A stretch of 64,000 bases of DNA from Thermodesulfobacteriota bacterium (GTDB lineage: Bacteria; Desulfobacterota_D; UBA1144; Nemesobacterales; Mycalebacteriaceae), in the NCBI GenBank assembly GCA_965205855.1, contig OZ242184.1, positions 512,001-576,000 of the forward strand, given 5' to 3'. Positions 39,401 through 47,900 of this stretch are shown here, piece by piece (the first letter of the stretch is position 1; each line of letters opens with the position of its first letter). Made by a program: the position numbers and the translations under genes. The notes beneath the pieces are model-generated. The model was given only the letters and a program-made list of their open reading frames with translations. It was not told where the DNA came from and searched no databases.

Positions 39401-41817
39401 GTGGCACGGTCGAGCAGACGGTGATGGCAACGGTGGGCAACAGTGCGCCCACCTCAAGCGGTCTGGCAGTCAGGACAAACGAGGATATCCCCCATACCTT
39501 TGCGGTTGTCGATTTCCCCTTTACCGATGCCGACGGGGATAGTTTGCAACAGGTGCGCATCGATACGCTACCCGCAACCGGCAGCCTGACCCTGAACGGC
39601 ACAGAGGTCACCGCACCGCAAGAGATTGCCGTTGCCGATATTCCCGATCTGGTCTATACCCCGGCCGCAAATGCCAACGGCATGGACAGCTTCGACTTCA
39701 GCGTCTCCGATGGCACTGACTTCAGTGAGTCCTCCACGGCGGTACTGACCATAGAAGCGTCAAATGACCCTGCGACGGGATTGCCTACAATTACGGGCAC
39801 GGCGAACGAGGGAGAGGAACTGACGGCAGATGTCTCTGGTATTGAGGATATAGATGGTCTGCCCGAGCTGTCCATGTTCACCTATCAATGGAATACGCGG
39901 GTCGGGAGCACGGACACGCCGATTAACAACGCGACCACCGAAACCTACACCCCGACCGATGGCGAGGTGGGCGAGTTTATCACGGTGACGGTCATCTTCA
40001 CAGATGGCGGTGGCACGCGTGAAAGCCTTACAAGTGAGTCAACGATGGAGGTGACAGATATTGTCAGGGTGTTAACGATGGACGAGGCGTTGCGTCTCAA
40101 CGCGGAGCCACCGACCACGGACACGACGGGCAGTATTGTCACGTTGTCAACCAGCGAAGAAGTAATCCTTGATAACGCTAATGGTGAGGATTTCGACGTT
40201 ACCTCAACCCTGAATGGCGAAACAATACCTCACGAGGTTACCGATATCAGGGCGGGCAGTATCGTACTGGAGGTGACCCCGGCAATCGGGTTCGGGTCTC
40301 TCATCGGAGTTTCCTATAGTCCGGTTCAAGGTTCCATTACGGGTGCCGTTACGGGCAATCCGGTGGTTCCGTTCAGTATAAGTGTGAACAACGCGGTACG
40401 GCCGTTGAATGAAGACCTGGATCGTGATGGCAGGAAAACGTTGTTGACGCACCTCACGATTGTTCAGAGCGATCTGGTGATAAGCACGGTACAGAACCAC
40501 CTGAGGGCGCTGGACGGAGGCAACCGTGTGAGCGTTCCACGACATGCGGTTGTAGAGACAGAGGGAGAAGGCAAATACGTTGAATACGAGAACGTCCGTG
40601 AGATGCTGTCTCATCTGGAGTTTGATCTTTCCCTGAACAGTCTGATGGGGTCGAATGAGGAGTGGCGCAAGACCGGTATTTCGTCCGCCGGGTTAGAGAG
40701 TTCGTTAGCGCCGGTTGTGGGAACTGATTTGTCATCGCCGCGGACACTTACCCTGTGGGGAGGAGGAGGCGAGACGCGTCTGGACAACGATTACAATACA
40801 TCCGGTGACGACAATCGCTATGACGGTCGTGTGTGGTCTTACAACACAGGTTTGGATTACCGTCCCTCGGAGTCTTTGACCCTGGGTGCGGCAGTGGGTT
40901 ATCTGGACAGTGAACTGACGACCACCTACAACGAAGGCACCTATGATGAGAAGATGGTATCGGTGTCACCGTACCTGCTGTATGAGAGTCCGTGGGGTCT
41001 GGATATATCCCTGTTCGGGGGCTACGGAATAGGAGATGTTGACCTGACGGGGACGTTTGGACAGGCGAGCACGCCGTTTGTGGCATTTACCGACAGTAAT
41101 CTGTTATTTGGCGCGGTGCGTGTGTCGGGTGCGATGAAGTTTTTGGATAACAGTTTGGAAGTGGTACCGAATGTGAGTCTGCTCGGCAGTCGCAAGAGGC
41201 TGGAGGGATATACGGACAGCAGCAACCGTGAGATTGGTGAGACCACGGCGTCAGTGCTTCGCCTGACTCCGGGTTTTGAGGTGAGTTACCGTGTGAAGTT
41301 TTCAGGAGTAACATTGAGGCCGTTTGCGAGCGGAGGTTTGATATTTGATTTACTGGATACGGTGAATGATGACGATATGACTTACAGTGTTGGCGGTGGA
41401 ATGCGTTTTGAAACCGAGATGGGTCTGAGCGGTTCTGTGGAAGGTCAGCGTGAGCTGGGTCGTGAAGCGGTAGAGCAACGGCGCTTTGTGGGCACGTTGT
41501 CTTACGGTATTGCTGTGGGCAGGAATGGGAGAGCGGGGACTGTGACGCCGTCTGTAGGTATTAATCACGCATCCGGGGATGATGTGTCCGCAGAGGGATT
41601 GTCACAGGCATACGTGCTGGAATACACCACGAGAGGTGGAGGCCACAGTATTAGTTTTGAGCATGACAGGTCGGAAGAGGAGGGAGCGCGCTCCGGTCTG
41701 GGTTATCGTTACGGAGCAGAGATTATGCCGGGATTGAACTTGGAGGCAACAGTGTCGTCCCCGAATGTTGAAAAACGTGAGGTTAAGGGATTTGTTGGCA
41801 TGAAACTCCGGTTTTAA
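27439..41817 (+). CDS. Giant Ig-repeat adhesin/autotransporter, gene 3 (ORF opens at 27340; probable start ATG 27439)
   Basis: ATG 27439 has a GGAGAG SD-like motif just upstream and gives a signal peptide ending LSATGASA|QN. Contains 9x291-bp and 13x276-bp tandem arrays and the shared C-terminal barrel. Confidence 0.9.
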   Translation: MATSKSSPSPFHFLETAFLSTARFCVAAFFLLILSATGASAQNTLPTGVPTISGTLIEGRELTADTSGISDADGPDPLPFTYQWNRNDGTTDTAISGADSATYTLTQDDVGEMITVTVRYTDANNTNESLTSAPTSAITANMPPTANAGSNQRWGKGTEVTLDGTGSDDPDGDNAALTYLWERTAGATTVTLSDTTAAQPTFTIPTLIPSSVPASYTFRLIVSDGQASSAAATVRIFIRPLFQATIANQTFSVGNAITPITLPEARDGPNSLPSTNTYTLAPLPAGLAFDPASRTLSGTPSNLGTYNPVYTATNGDGDTDSLSFSIEVTTNTPPTTTGLTATTAEDTPYTFAAGNFNFDDAESGDSLQQVRIATLPASTSGSLALNGTLVTVPQEIAVADIPNLVYTPALNVNGAATFTFSVSDGTAFSTTATATITVTAVNDPPIIAQGLTVPGLGLTGGPRTFDLSSLFSDIDGDALTYTVSISNGSVAFVTVIAGSVLNIAPRNEGTTTITITADDGNGGTAEQVVTVTVVEALPTAVITSNYDSLVRLESGFEGVDGGVTITFDGSASFDPSGAPLTYRWEMINSDNTGVDLVGTEAIFEFTTPPRMVGRVQMFQFTLVVTNTVTNFSSPGFPHGLPPIVNVTVLPTGANNDPTGSPTITGSLSQGQTLTASRGDIQDPDGLVNVVFSYQWNRHDAGMDTPISGATGSSYRLTPDDVDELITVTASYRDNQRTDESVTSAPVGPVAAPALPPSAVITSNYDSLVRLNNGSRGVDGGVTIRFDGSGSSDPGGGSLIYSWRLLDTETGGFTELGTEATFEYTTPSRMTESQDFLIYLVVTNTANLSSPGLADSETISVFPDSSNAPPSGLPTVSGNATLGATLTVNTSGISDADGPANLSFTYQWNTRVGSTDTPISGATGNSYQLTPDEVGELITVTALYTDNQITDESVTSDPVGPVALAGTGANTPPTSSGLSATINEDTSYTFATGDFTFNDADGDSLQRVRIDTLPGSGSLALNNVAVILGQEIAATAIPNLVYTPGANVNGTDSFTYSVSDGTDFSATFATATIAINAVNDDPTGEVTISGILAEGQTLTANTDSISDADGPASLSFTYQWFAGTSQISGANMRTYTPTQGNVGQMISVDVSYMDANGIEGGFFSGPVGPVLAANAPPVAVVTSDYDSLVSTTLNFSGVDGGVTITFDGSGSFDPSGAPLTYRWETLNSASTGVVVVGTEAIFEYTTPPRMVGRVQVFQFALVVTNTVSNVSSPNFLSGNAPITSVSVWPDGNNDPTGSPTITGNPTQGRILTASPGDIQDTNGLTNVVFSYQWNRHDAGTDTPISGATGDSYRLTPADVGEEITVTASYRDNQQTDESVTSAPVGPVAAPSLPPSAVVTSNYDSLVRRDSGEEGVDGGVTIRFDGSASSDPGGGSLTYSWRLLNTETGGFTELGTEATFEYTTPTRMAQAQNFLIQLIVTNSAGISSPELANPEVVRVLSDSGNTPPTGLPTISGNAAVGATLTADTDGISDADGPDPLSFTYQWFANDGTTNEAISGATSATYILTPDEMGDQITVTVSYTDAGSTDETLTSAPTIAVAASSTSNTPPTSSGLTVSTEEDTAHSFAAAEFTFADADGDALHSLRIDTLPATGSLTLDGAAVIAGDVIPAAGIGTLVYTPAANATGDVSFTFSLSDDSDGTTFGATATATVTIDAVNDAPTTSGLTVSTQEDTAHSFTAGEFNFADADGDDLDSLRIDTLPATGSLTLDGTAVTAGDVIAAAGISNLVYTPAENATGDDTFTFSLSDGTAFGATATATVSIGAENDAPTTSGLAVSTQEDTAHSFTAGEFNFTDADGDALDSLRIDTLPATGNLTLDGTAVTAGDVIAAAGISNLVYTPAENATGDVTFTFSLSDGTVFGATATATVTVTAVNDAPTADAGADQAVAEGASVTLNGSGNDPENASLSYTWTQTSGTPMVTLTDADTATPTFTAPENLLADAVLVFSLIVNDGVSDSSAATVTITTTAGTNDPPTADAGVDQTVAEGASVTLNGSGNDPENANLSYTWTQASGTPMVTLTDADTATPTFTAPENLLADAVLVFSLIVNDGVSDSQAATVTITTTAGTNDPPTADAGVDQTVAEGASVTLNGSGNDPENANLSYTWTQASGTPMVTLTDADTATPTFTAPENLLADAVLVFSLIVNDGVSDSQAATVTITTTAGTNDPPTADAGVDQTVAEGASVTLNGSGNDPENANLSYTWTQASGTPMVTLTDADTATPTFTAPENLLADAVLVFSLIVNDGVSDSQAATVTITTTAGQNDPPTADAGVDQTVAEGVSVTLNGSGNDPENANLSYTWTQASGTPMVTLTDADTATPTFTAPENLLADAVLVFSLIVNDGVSDSQAATVTITTTAGQNDPPTADAGVDQTVAEGASVTLNGSGNDPENANLSYTWTQASGTPMVTLTDADTATPTFTAPENLLADAVLVFSLIVNDGVSDSQAATVTITTTAGQNDPPTADAGVDQTVAEGASVTLNGSGNDPENANLSYTWTQASGTPMVTLTDADTATPTFTAPENLLADAVLVFSLIVNDGVSDSQAATVTITTTAGQNDPPTADAGVDQTVAEGASVTLNGSGNDPENANLSYTWTQASGTPMVTLTDADTATPTFTAPENLLADAVLVFSLIVNDGVSDSQAATVTITTTAGQNDPPTADAGVDQTVAEGASVTLNGSGNDPENANLSYTWTQASGTPMVTLTDADTATPTFTAPENLLADAVLVFSLIVNDGVSDSQAATVTITTTATPNNPPTTNAPLTVPGLSLAAGEQTVDLSNGFSDADGDMLSYEAESEDEDIVTVSVAGSTLTITPVGAGTATLTLRANDGNGGTVEQTVMATVGNSAPTTSTTITVSALTVAGGEQTVELSNGFSDADGDMLSYEAESDDEDIVTVAVAGSMLTITPVGAGTATLTLRANDGNGGTVEQMVMATVGNSAPTTSTTITVPALTVAGGEQTVDLNSGFIDPDGDTLSYEAESDDEDIVTVAVAGSMLTITPVGNGTATLTLRANDGNGGTVEQTVMATVGNSAPTTSTTITVPALTVAGGEQTVELSNGFSDADGDMLSYEAESDDEDIVTVSVAGSTLTITPVGNGTATLTLRANDGNGGTVEQTVMATVGNSAPTTSTTITVPALTVAGGEQTVELSNGFSDADGDTLSYEAESDDEDIVTVSVAGSTLTIIPVGNGTATLTLRANDGNGGMVEQTVMATVGNSAPTTSTTITVPALTVAGGEQTVDLNSGFIDPDGDMLSYEAESDDEDIVTVAVAGSMLTITPVGAGTATLTLRANDGNGGMVEQTVMATVGNSAPTTSTTITVPALTVAGGEQTVDLNSGFIDPDGDMLSYEAESDDEDIVTVSVAGSTLTIIPVGNGTATLTLRANDGNGGMVEQTVMATVGNSAPTTSTTITVPALTVAGGEQTVDLNSGFSDPDGDTLSYEAESDDEDTVTVSVAGSTLTIIPVGNGTATLTLRANDGNGGMVEQTVMATVGNSAPTTSTTITVPALTVAGGEQTVDLNSGFIDPDGDMLSYEAESDDEDIVTVSVAGSTLTIIPVGNGTATLTLRANDGNGGMVEQTVMATVGNSAPTTSTTITVPALTVAGGEQTVDLNSGFSDPDGDTLSYEAESDDEDTVTVSVAGSTLTIIPVGNGTATLTLRANDGNGGTVEQTVMATVGNSAPTTSTTITVPALTVAGGEQTVDLNSGFIDPDGDMLSYEAESDDEDIVTVSVAGSTLTIIPVGNGTATLTLRANDGNGGMVEQTVMATVGNSAPTTSTTITVPALTVAGGEQTVDLNSGFSDPDGDTLSYEAESDDEDTVTVSVAGSTLTIIPVGNGTATLTLRANDGNGGMVEQTVMATVGNSAPTTSTTITVPALTVAGGEQTVDLNSGFIDPDGDTLSYEAESDDEDTVTVSVAGSMLTITPVGNGTATLTLRANDGNGGTVEQTVMATVGNSAPTSSGLAVRTNEDIPHTFAVVDFPFTDADGDSLQQVRIDTLPATGSLTLNGTEVTAPQEIAVADIPDLVYTPAANANGMDSFDFSVSDGTDFSESSTAVLTIEASNDPATGLPTITGTANEGEELTADVSGIEDIDGLPELSMFTYQWNTRVGSTDTPINNATTETYTPTDGEVGEFITVTVIFTDGGGTRESLTSESTMEVTDIVRVLTMDEALRLNAEPPTTDTTGSIVTLSTSEEVILDNANGEDFDVTSTLNGETIPHEVTDIRAGSIVLEVTPAIGFGSLIGVSYSPVQGSITGAVTGNPVVPFSISVNNAVRPLNEDLDRDGRKTLLTHLTIVQSDLVISTVQNHLRALDGGNRVSVPRHAVVETEGEGKYVEYENVREMLSHLEFDLSLNSLMGSNEEWRKTGISSAGLESSLAPVVGTDLSSPRTLTLWGGGGETRLDNDYNTSGDDNRYDGRVWSYNTGLDYRPSESLTLGAAVGYLDSELTTTYNEGTYDEKMVSVSPYLLYESPWGLDISLFGGYGIGDVDLTGTFGQASTPFVAFTDSNLLFGAVRVSGAMKFLDNSLEVVPNVSLLGSRKRLEGYTDSSNREIGETTASVLRLTPGFEVSYRVKFSGVTLRPFASGGLIFDLLDTVNDDDMTYSVGGGMRFETEMGLSGSVEGQRELGREAVEQRRFVGTLSYGIAVGRNGRAGTVTPSVGINHASGDDVSAEGLSQAYVLEYTTRGGGHSISFEHDRSEEEGARSGLGYRYGAEIMPGLNLEATVSSPNVEKREVKGFVGMKLRF
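27522..27530 (+). repeat. T9 homopolymer in the gene 3 signal-peptide coding region
   Basis: gcagc-TTTTTTTTT-gctg; the longest homopolymer I noticed in the window. Confidence 0.85.
33232..35850 (+). repeat. 9 x 291-bp near-perfect tandem repeat (97-aa PKD-like domain)
   Basis: Unit starts at 33232, 33523, 33814, 34105 ... 35560; only a few SNPs between units. Confidence 0.97.
35851..39438 (+). repeat. 13 x 276-bp tandem repeat (92-aa Ig-like domain)
   Basis: Unit starts at 35851, 36127, 36403 ... 39163; ends just before aacagtgcg at 39439. Confidence 0.97.
40741..41814 (+). other. C-terminal autotransporter-like beta-barrel (gene 3)
   Basis: Nearly identical copy of 12781-13854. Confidence 0.85.
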
Positions 41818-41865
41818 AAACAAGGTGTTTTCCCGTCTTGCTGTCGTAAGAGAATGACTTTGTAG

Positions 41866-41894
41866 TTGTGGGTTTTCCAAAAGAAGAATAAAAT
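41866..41894 (+). promoter_or_regulatory. Putative sigma70 promoter of gene 4
   Basis: TTGTGG (41866-41871), 17 bp, TAAAAT (41889-41894); aligns without gaps to the gene 2 promoter. Confidence 0.55.
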
Positions 41895-41912
41895 AACTTC
41901 TCAATAATAAAT

Positions 41913-44900
41913 ATGCCAGTCAAAAAACGACATATTAGTGACTTCATGTTAACCCGCCTGAGGGTGGTGGCCGGTTTCTGCCTGCTGCTGCTCTTCTCGC
42001 TGGGGCTATCGGCAACCGCGGCCCATGCACTCCACCAGTCGACTAATCCGAGAATCTTAGGAGGCAACAACCCGGTGGAGGGTCAGGCCCTGAGCGCAGC
42101 GATAAGTAATGCCCTGACCGATCATAGTTCGGGATTCAACCTCGAAGTCTATCGCTGGGAGCGTTCGAGTCCTGGTAGTAGCAGTGGTTTCATTAGTATC
42201 CCAGGTTTTCTCGCGGGCAGTAACAACTACGCCCCGACCCAGTCCGACGTGGGCAGATTTCTCCGAGCGCGTGTCACATTTACTGACAACCTCACCGGAG
42301 AGGTGACTAGTAGAATAGTCGGTCCCACGTCCAGGGTGGTGGCCAATGCCAATGACGACCCCAGAGGGTTGGCCATCGCTGGTGTCCCGGTTCTGGGTCA
42401 GGAACTGACGGCGAATACCTCCCGCCTTGCCGATGAAGATGGTCTGCCCAACCCGTCCGAATTCACCTATCAATGGAATACGCGGGTCGGCACCACGGAC
42501 ACGCCGATTCCCAACGCGACCTCCAGAACCTACACCCTGACCCAGTCCGAGCTCGGTAAGAGAATCACCCTGACCCTCCGCTATACCGATAGTTTTAACA
42601 CGCAGGAGAGTACGACTAGTGCTGCTACGGCGGAGGTGCGCCTCAATGACCCGCCCAGCGGGTTGACCATCGCCGGTGCCCTGACCGTGGGTGAGGAGCT
42701 GACGGCGGATACCTCTACCCTTGCCGATGAAGATGGTCTGCCGGCTGAGTCCGAGTTCAGCTATCAATGGCGGGCCGATGGCGTGGACATCGCCAACGCC
42801 ACCGACCGTAGCTATGTCCTGACCCCGGCCAATATCGGCAGTCAGATCACCGTGACCCTCAGCTACACCGATAACCTTAGCAAGCAGGAGAGCCTGACCA
42901 GCCCGGCCCGTGGCCCGGTGCAGTCTGACAATAATGCGCCGACCATCACGGGCACTCCGCCCTTGGCACAAGTGGGCGCGTCCTACAGTTTCATGCCGGT
43001 GGGCGAGGATGCGGATGGCGATACGCTGATCTATACCCTCAGCGGCGCACCCGGCTGGCTTAGTATCAACCCCACCACCGGAGCCCTGACCGGCACGCCG
43101 GGCAACGCCGATGTCGGCACCACCACAGGGATTGTGATCGACGTTACCGACGGCATCATCGCCGCGCCGGTGGAACTGGCGTTTGCGCTCACCGTCAATG
43201 GCCCGCCCACCGGCGAGGTGATCATCCTGGATAGTGGCCGACCGATCGTGGGTCAGGTTCTGACAGCGGATGCCTCCGGCCTTGGCGATGCCAATGGTCT
43301 GTCCGACCGATCCGCGTTCAGCTACCAATGGTTTGCGGACAGCGCGCCGATCAGGGGAGCGAACCTGCGCACCTACACCCCGGACGAGGTAGGCGAGGTA
43401 ATTTTCGTGATTGTCAGCTATACCGATGACGATGGCGTGGATGAGGACGTGTCCAGTGCGAGCATCAGGGTGTTCAACCAACTGCCCACCGCGGATGCCG
43501 GTCCGAATCAGAGCTTGAGCAAAGGCACAGAAGTCACGCTTGATGGCAGTGGCAGTTCCGATCCCGAGGGCGCGAGCCTGACCTATCTCTGGTCGCAGGT
43601 TGACGGCACTACGGTGACTTTAAGCAGTACGACGGCAGCACGGCCAACGTTCACCATACCAAACCTGATACCGACAGATGATCCGGACTCGCTTACTTTC
43701 AGTCTGGTCGTCTCTGACGTGCATGATGCATCGTCCACCAACGAGGAAACCGTCAGAATTTTTATCAGACCGCTGTTTCGGGAAGCCATTGCCGATCAAA
43801 CCTACAGCCTGGGCAATGAGATTGATGATCTGATGTTGCCTGCGGCACTGACGCAAGAGGGCACCTCGGGGGATGTCTATGCGCTGTCTTCTGTGCCCGC
43901 CGGGCTCTCCTTTGATCCTGCTACCCGCATATTGTCCGGTACGCCGACAGTGCTTGGGATGTTTGGCTTGACCTACACCGTAACGACTGCGGACGGTGGA
44001 ACCGATACACTGGAATTTTCCATCACCATCACTGCGGTCAACAACCCGCCCACAGGCGTGGTGACCATTGATGGCATTTTGACCGAGGATGAAGTCCTGA
44101 CGGCAAACACCTCCACCCTTGCCGATGAAGATGGTCTGCCCGCTGAGTCCACATTCACCTATCAATGGCTTGCGGATGGCGTGGAGATTCCCGGTGCGAC
44201 CCTGCGTACCTACATCCTGACCCAGGCCGATGTCGACCAGATACTCAGCGTGCTCGTCCGCTATACCGATGATGGTGGCACGGATGAGAGCGTGACCAGC
44301 GCACCGCGTGGGACGGTGGCCAATGTCAATGACCCGCCCACCGGCGCGGTGACCATCGCCGGCAGCCTGGTCATGGGTGAGGAACTGACGGCGGATACCT
44401 CTGCCCTGCGCGATGAGGATGGTCTGCCCGCTGAGTCCACATTCCGCTATCGGTGGCGGGCGAATGGTATATCTATTCCCGGCGCGACCGCGACCATGCG
44501 CACCTACAGACTGACCGCGGCCGAAGTGGGTGCGGAAATCAGCGTGAGGGTGAGCTACTTCGATCTCTTCTTCATGGCTGAGCGCATAACCAGTGAACCG
44601 CGGGGACCGGTGATCGGCACCAATGAAGCGCCGACCATCAGCGGCACGCCCGCCACCATGGTGGCCGAAGACAGCGAATACCGCTTCACGCCGGTGGGCG
44701 GGGATGCGGATGGCCATACCCTGATCTATACAATCGACAACCGTCCCGACTGGGCCGACTTCGACCCCGCCACCGGGGCTCTGACCGGCACGCCCGGCAA
44801 TGCCGATGTCGGCACCACCACAGGAATTGTGATCAGCGTGACCGACGGCATCATCGCCGCGCCGGTGTCATTGCCGGCCTTTTTTATCACCGTCATCAAC

Positions 44901-47900
44901 ACCAATGACCCGCCCACAGGCGAGGTGACCATAGAAGGCACCCTGATCCTGGGCGAGGAACTGACGGCGGATACCTCTGCCCTTGCCGATGACGACGGTC
45001 TGCCCGACCCTGCCACATTCACCTATCAATGGTTTGCGCGGGACGGTGCCACGGACACGCCAATCTTCGGCGCGATGATGCGCACCTACACCCTGACCCC
45101 GAACGAGATCGACAAGCGGATTGGCGTGAGGGTGTCCTACATAGACGACCGCCGCACCAGGGAGTCTCTGGAGGCCGTCACCGGCGGTTCCGTCTCTGAA
45201 ATCAACCTTCCTCCCACCGGCGCGGTGACCATCCGCGGCACCCTGACCACGGGTGAGGAACTGACGGCGGATACCTCTGCGCTGGGCGATGAGAATGGTC
45301 TGCCCGCTGAGTCCACATTCACCTACCAATGGCTTGCGGATGACACGGAGATTTCCGGTACGACCGGGCGCACCTACAGGCTAACCCCGAACGAGGTTGG
45401 CCGGGTGATCACCGTGCTCGTCCGCTATACCGATGATGATGGCACGGCTGAGCGCGTGACCAGCGCACCGCGTGGGCCGGTGGTCGGCAGCAACCAAGCG
45501 CCGACCATTGGCGGCACCCCCGCCACCACGGTGGCCGAAGACAGCGCATACAATTTCATGCCGGAGGGCGGGGATGCGGATGGCAATATCCTGACCTATA
45601 CCCTTATCGGCGCACCCGGCTGGCTTATCATCAACCCCGTCACGGGGGAACTGACCGGCACGCCAACCAACGATGATGTCGGCACCACCACCGGAATTGT
45701 GATCGGCGTGACCGATGGCATCATCGCCGCGCCGGTGGAACTGCCAGCGTTTGACCTCAGAGTGACCAACACCAACGACGCGCCCACCGGCGGGGTGACC
45801 ATCACCGGCAGCCTGACAATGGGCGGAGAACTGACGGCGGATACTTCCACCCTTGCCGATGCCGATGGTCTGCCCGCTGAGTTCACATTCACCTATCAAT
45901 GGAATACGCGGGACGGCGCCACGGACACGCCGATTTCCGGCGCGACTCTGCGCACCTACACCCCGACCCAGGACGAGGTCGACCAGATACTCAGCGTGCT
46001 CGTCCGCTATACCGACGATGATGGCGCGACTGAGAGCGTGACCAGCGCACCGCGAGGGCCGGTGGTCAATGCCAATGACGCGCCGACCATTGACGGCACG
46101 CCCGTCACCACGGTGGCCGAAGACAGCGAATACAGCTTCACGCCGGTGGGCATGGATGTGGATGGCAATTTCCTGACCTACGCCATCAGCGGCGCACCCG
46201 GCTGGCTCAGCATCGACCCCGCCACGGGGGAACTGACCGGCACGCCAACCAACGATGATGTCGGCACTACCACCGGCATTGTGATCAGCGTGACCGACGG
46301 CATCATCGCCGCGCCGGTGGAACTGCCGGCGTTTGACCTCACCGTGACCAACACAAACGACGCGCCCACCGGCGCGGTGACCATCAGCGGCATCCTGACT
46401 ATGGGCGAGGAACTGACGGCGGATACCTCCACCCTTGCCGATGATGATGGTCTGCCCGAGCCGTCCACGTTCACCTATCAATGGCTTGCGGATGGCGTGG
46501 AGATTCCGGGTGCGACCCTGCGCACCTACACTCTGACCCCGGACGAGGTCGGTCAGACCATCAGCCTGGTCGTCCGCTATACCGATCTTCGGAGTAGTGA
46601 AGAGGAAGTGACCAGCGCACCGCGGGGGCCGGTGGCCAATGCCAATACCCCGCCGACCATTGGCGGCGTCCCCGCCACCACGGTGGCCGAAAACAGCGAA
46701 TATAGCTTCACACCGGTGGGCATGGATGTGGATGGCCATACCCTGATCTATGCCATTACGGTCACGCCCGCCTGGGCCGACTTCAACCCCGCCACCGGGG
46801 CTTTGACCGGCACGCCCACCAACGCCGATGTCGGCACCACCACTGGCATTGTGATCAGCGTGACCGACGGCATCGCCGCGCCGGTGGAACTGCCAGCGTT
46901 TGCTCTCACCGTTACTGACATCAACAACCCGCCCACTGGCGCGGTGACCGTCAACGGCATCCTGACCACGGGTGAGCAACTGACGGCGGATACCTCTGCC
47001 CTTGCCGATGACGATGGTCTGCCCGACCGGAGCACATTCTTCTACCGATGGATTGCGCGCAGCGGCACCACGGACAGGACTCTCCTCGTAGGGCCGTTTG
47101 ACACCTACACCCTGACCGCGGACGAGGTGGATGCGCAAATCAGAGTGACGGTGAGTTACTTCGATTTCAATGACACGGATGAGAACCTGACCAGTGCGCC
47201 GCGTGGGCCGGTGAAGTCTGACAATAGCCCGCCGACCATCGGTGGCACCCCCGCCACCACGGTGGTTGAAGGCAGCGCATACAACTTCACGCCGGAGGGC
47301 GGGGATGAGGATGTCGGCGACACGCTGGTGTATGCCATCACGGTCACGCCCGACTGGGCCGACTTCGACCCCGCCACCGGGGCTTTGACCGGCACGCCCA
47401 CCAACGATGATGTCGGCACCACAACTGGCATTGTGATCAGCGTTACCGACGGCATCATCGCCGCGCCGCTGGAACTGCCGGCGTTTGACATCACCGTTAC
47501 CAATATCAATACAGTGCCCACCGGCGGTGTGACCATCAGCGGCACGCTGACTATGGGCGAGGTGCTGACGGCGGATACTTCCACCCTTGCCGATGGAGAT
47601 GGTCTGCCCGATGAGTCCGGATTCCGCTATACATGGCAGGCGGATTTCACGTCGATACCCAACGCGACCATGCGTACCTACACCCTGACCCCGGCCGAAA
47701 TCGGCAAGAGGATCCTCGTGATCGTCCGCTATACCGATGGTCAGGGCAGGGCGGAGAACGTGTTTAGTGAACTCCGGGGGCCGGTGGTTGGCACCAACAC
47801 CCCGCCGACCATCAGCGGCGTCCCCGCCACCACGGTGGCCGAAGACAGCGAATACCTCTTCACGCCGACGGGCATGGATGCGGATAGTGACGACACGCTG

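Noticed and set aside
33232-39438. CRISPR array or non-coding satellite
   Set aside because: Units are 276-291 bp, multiples of 3, in frame, with no unique spacers and no cas genes.
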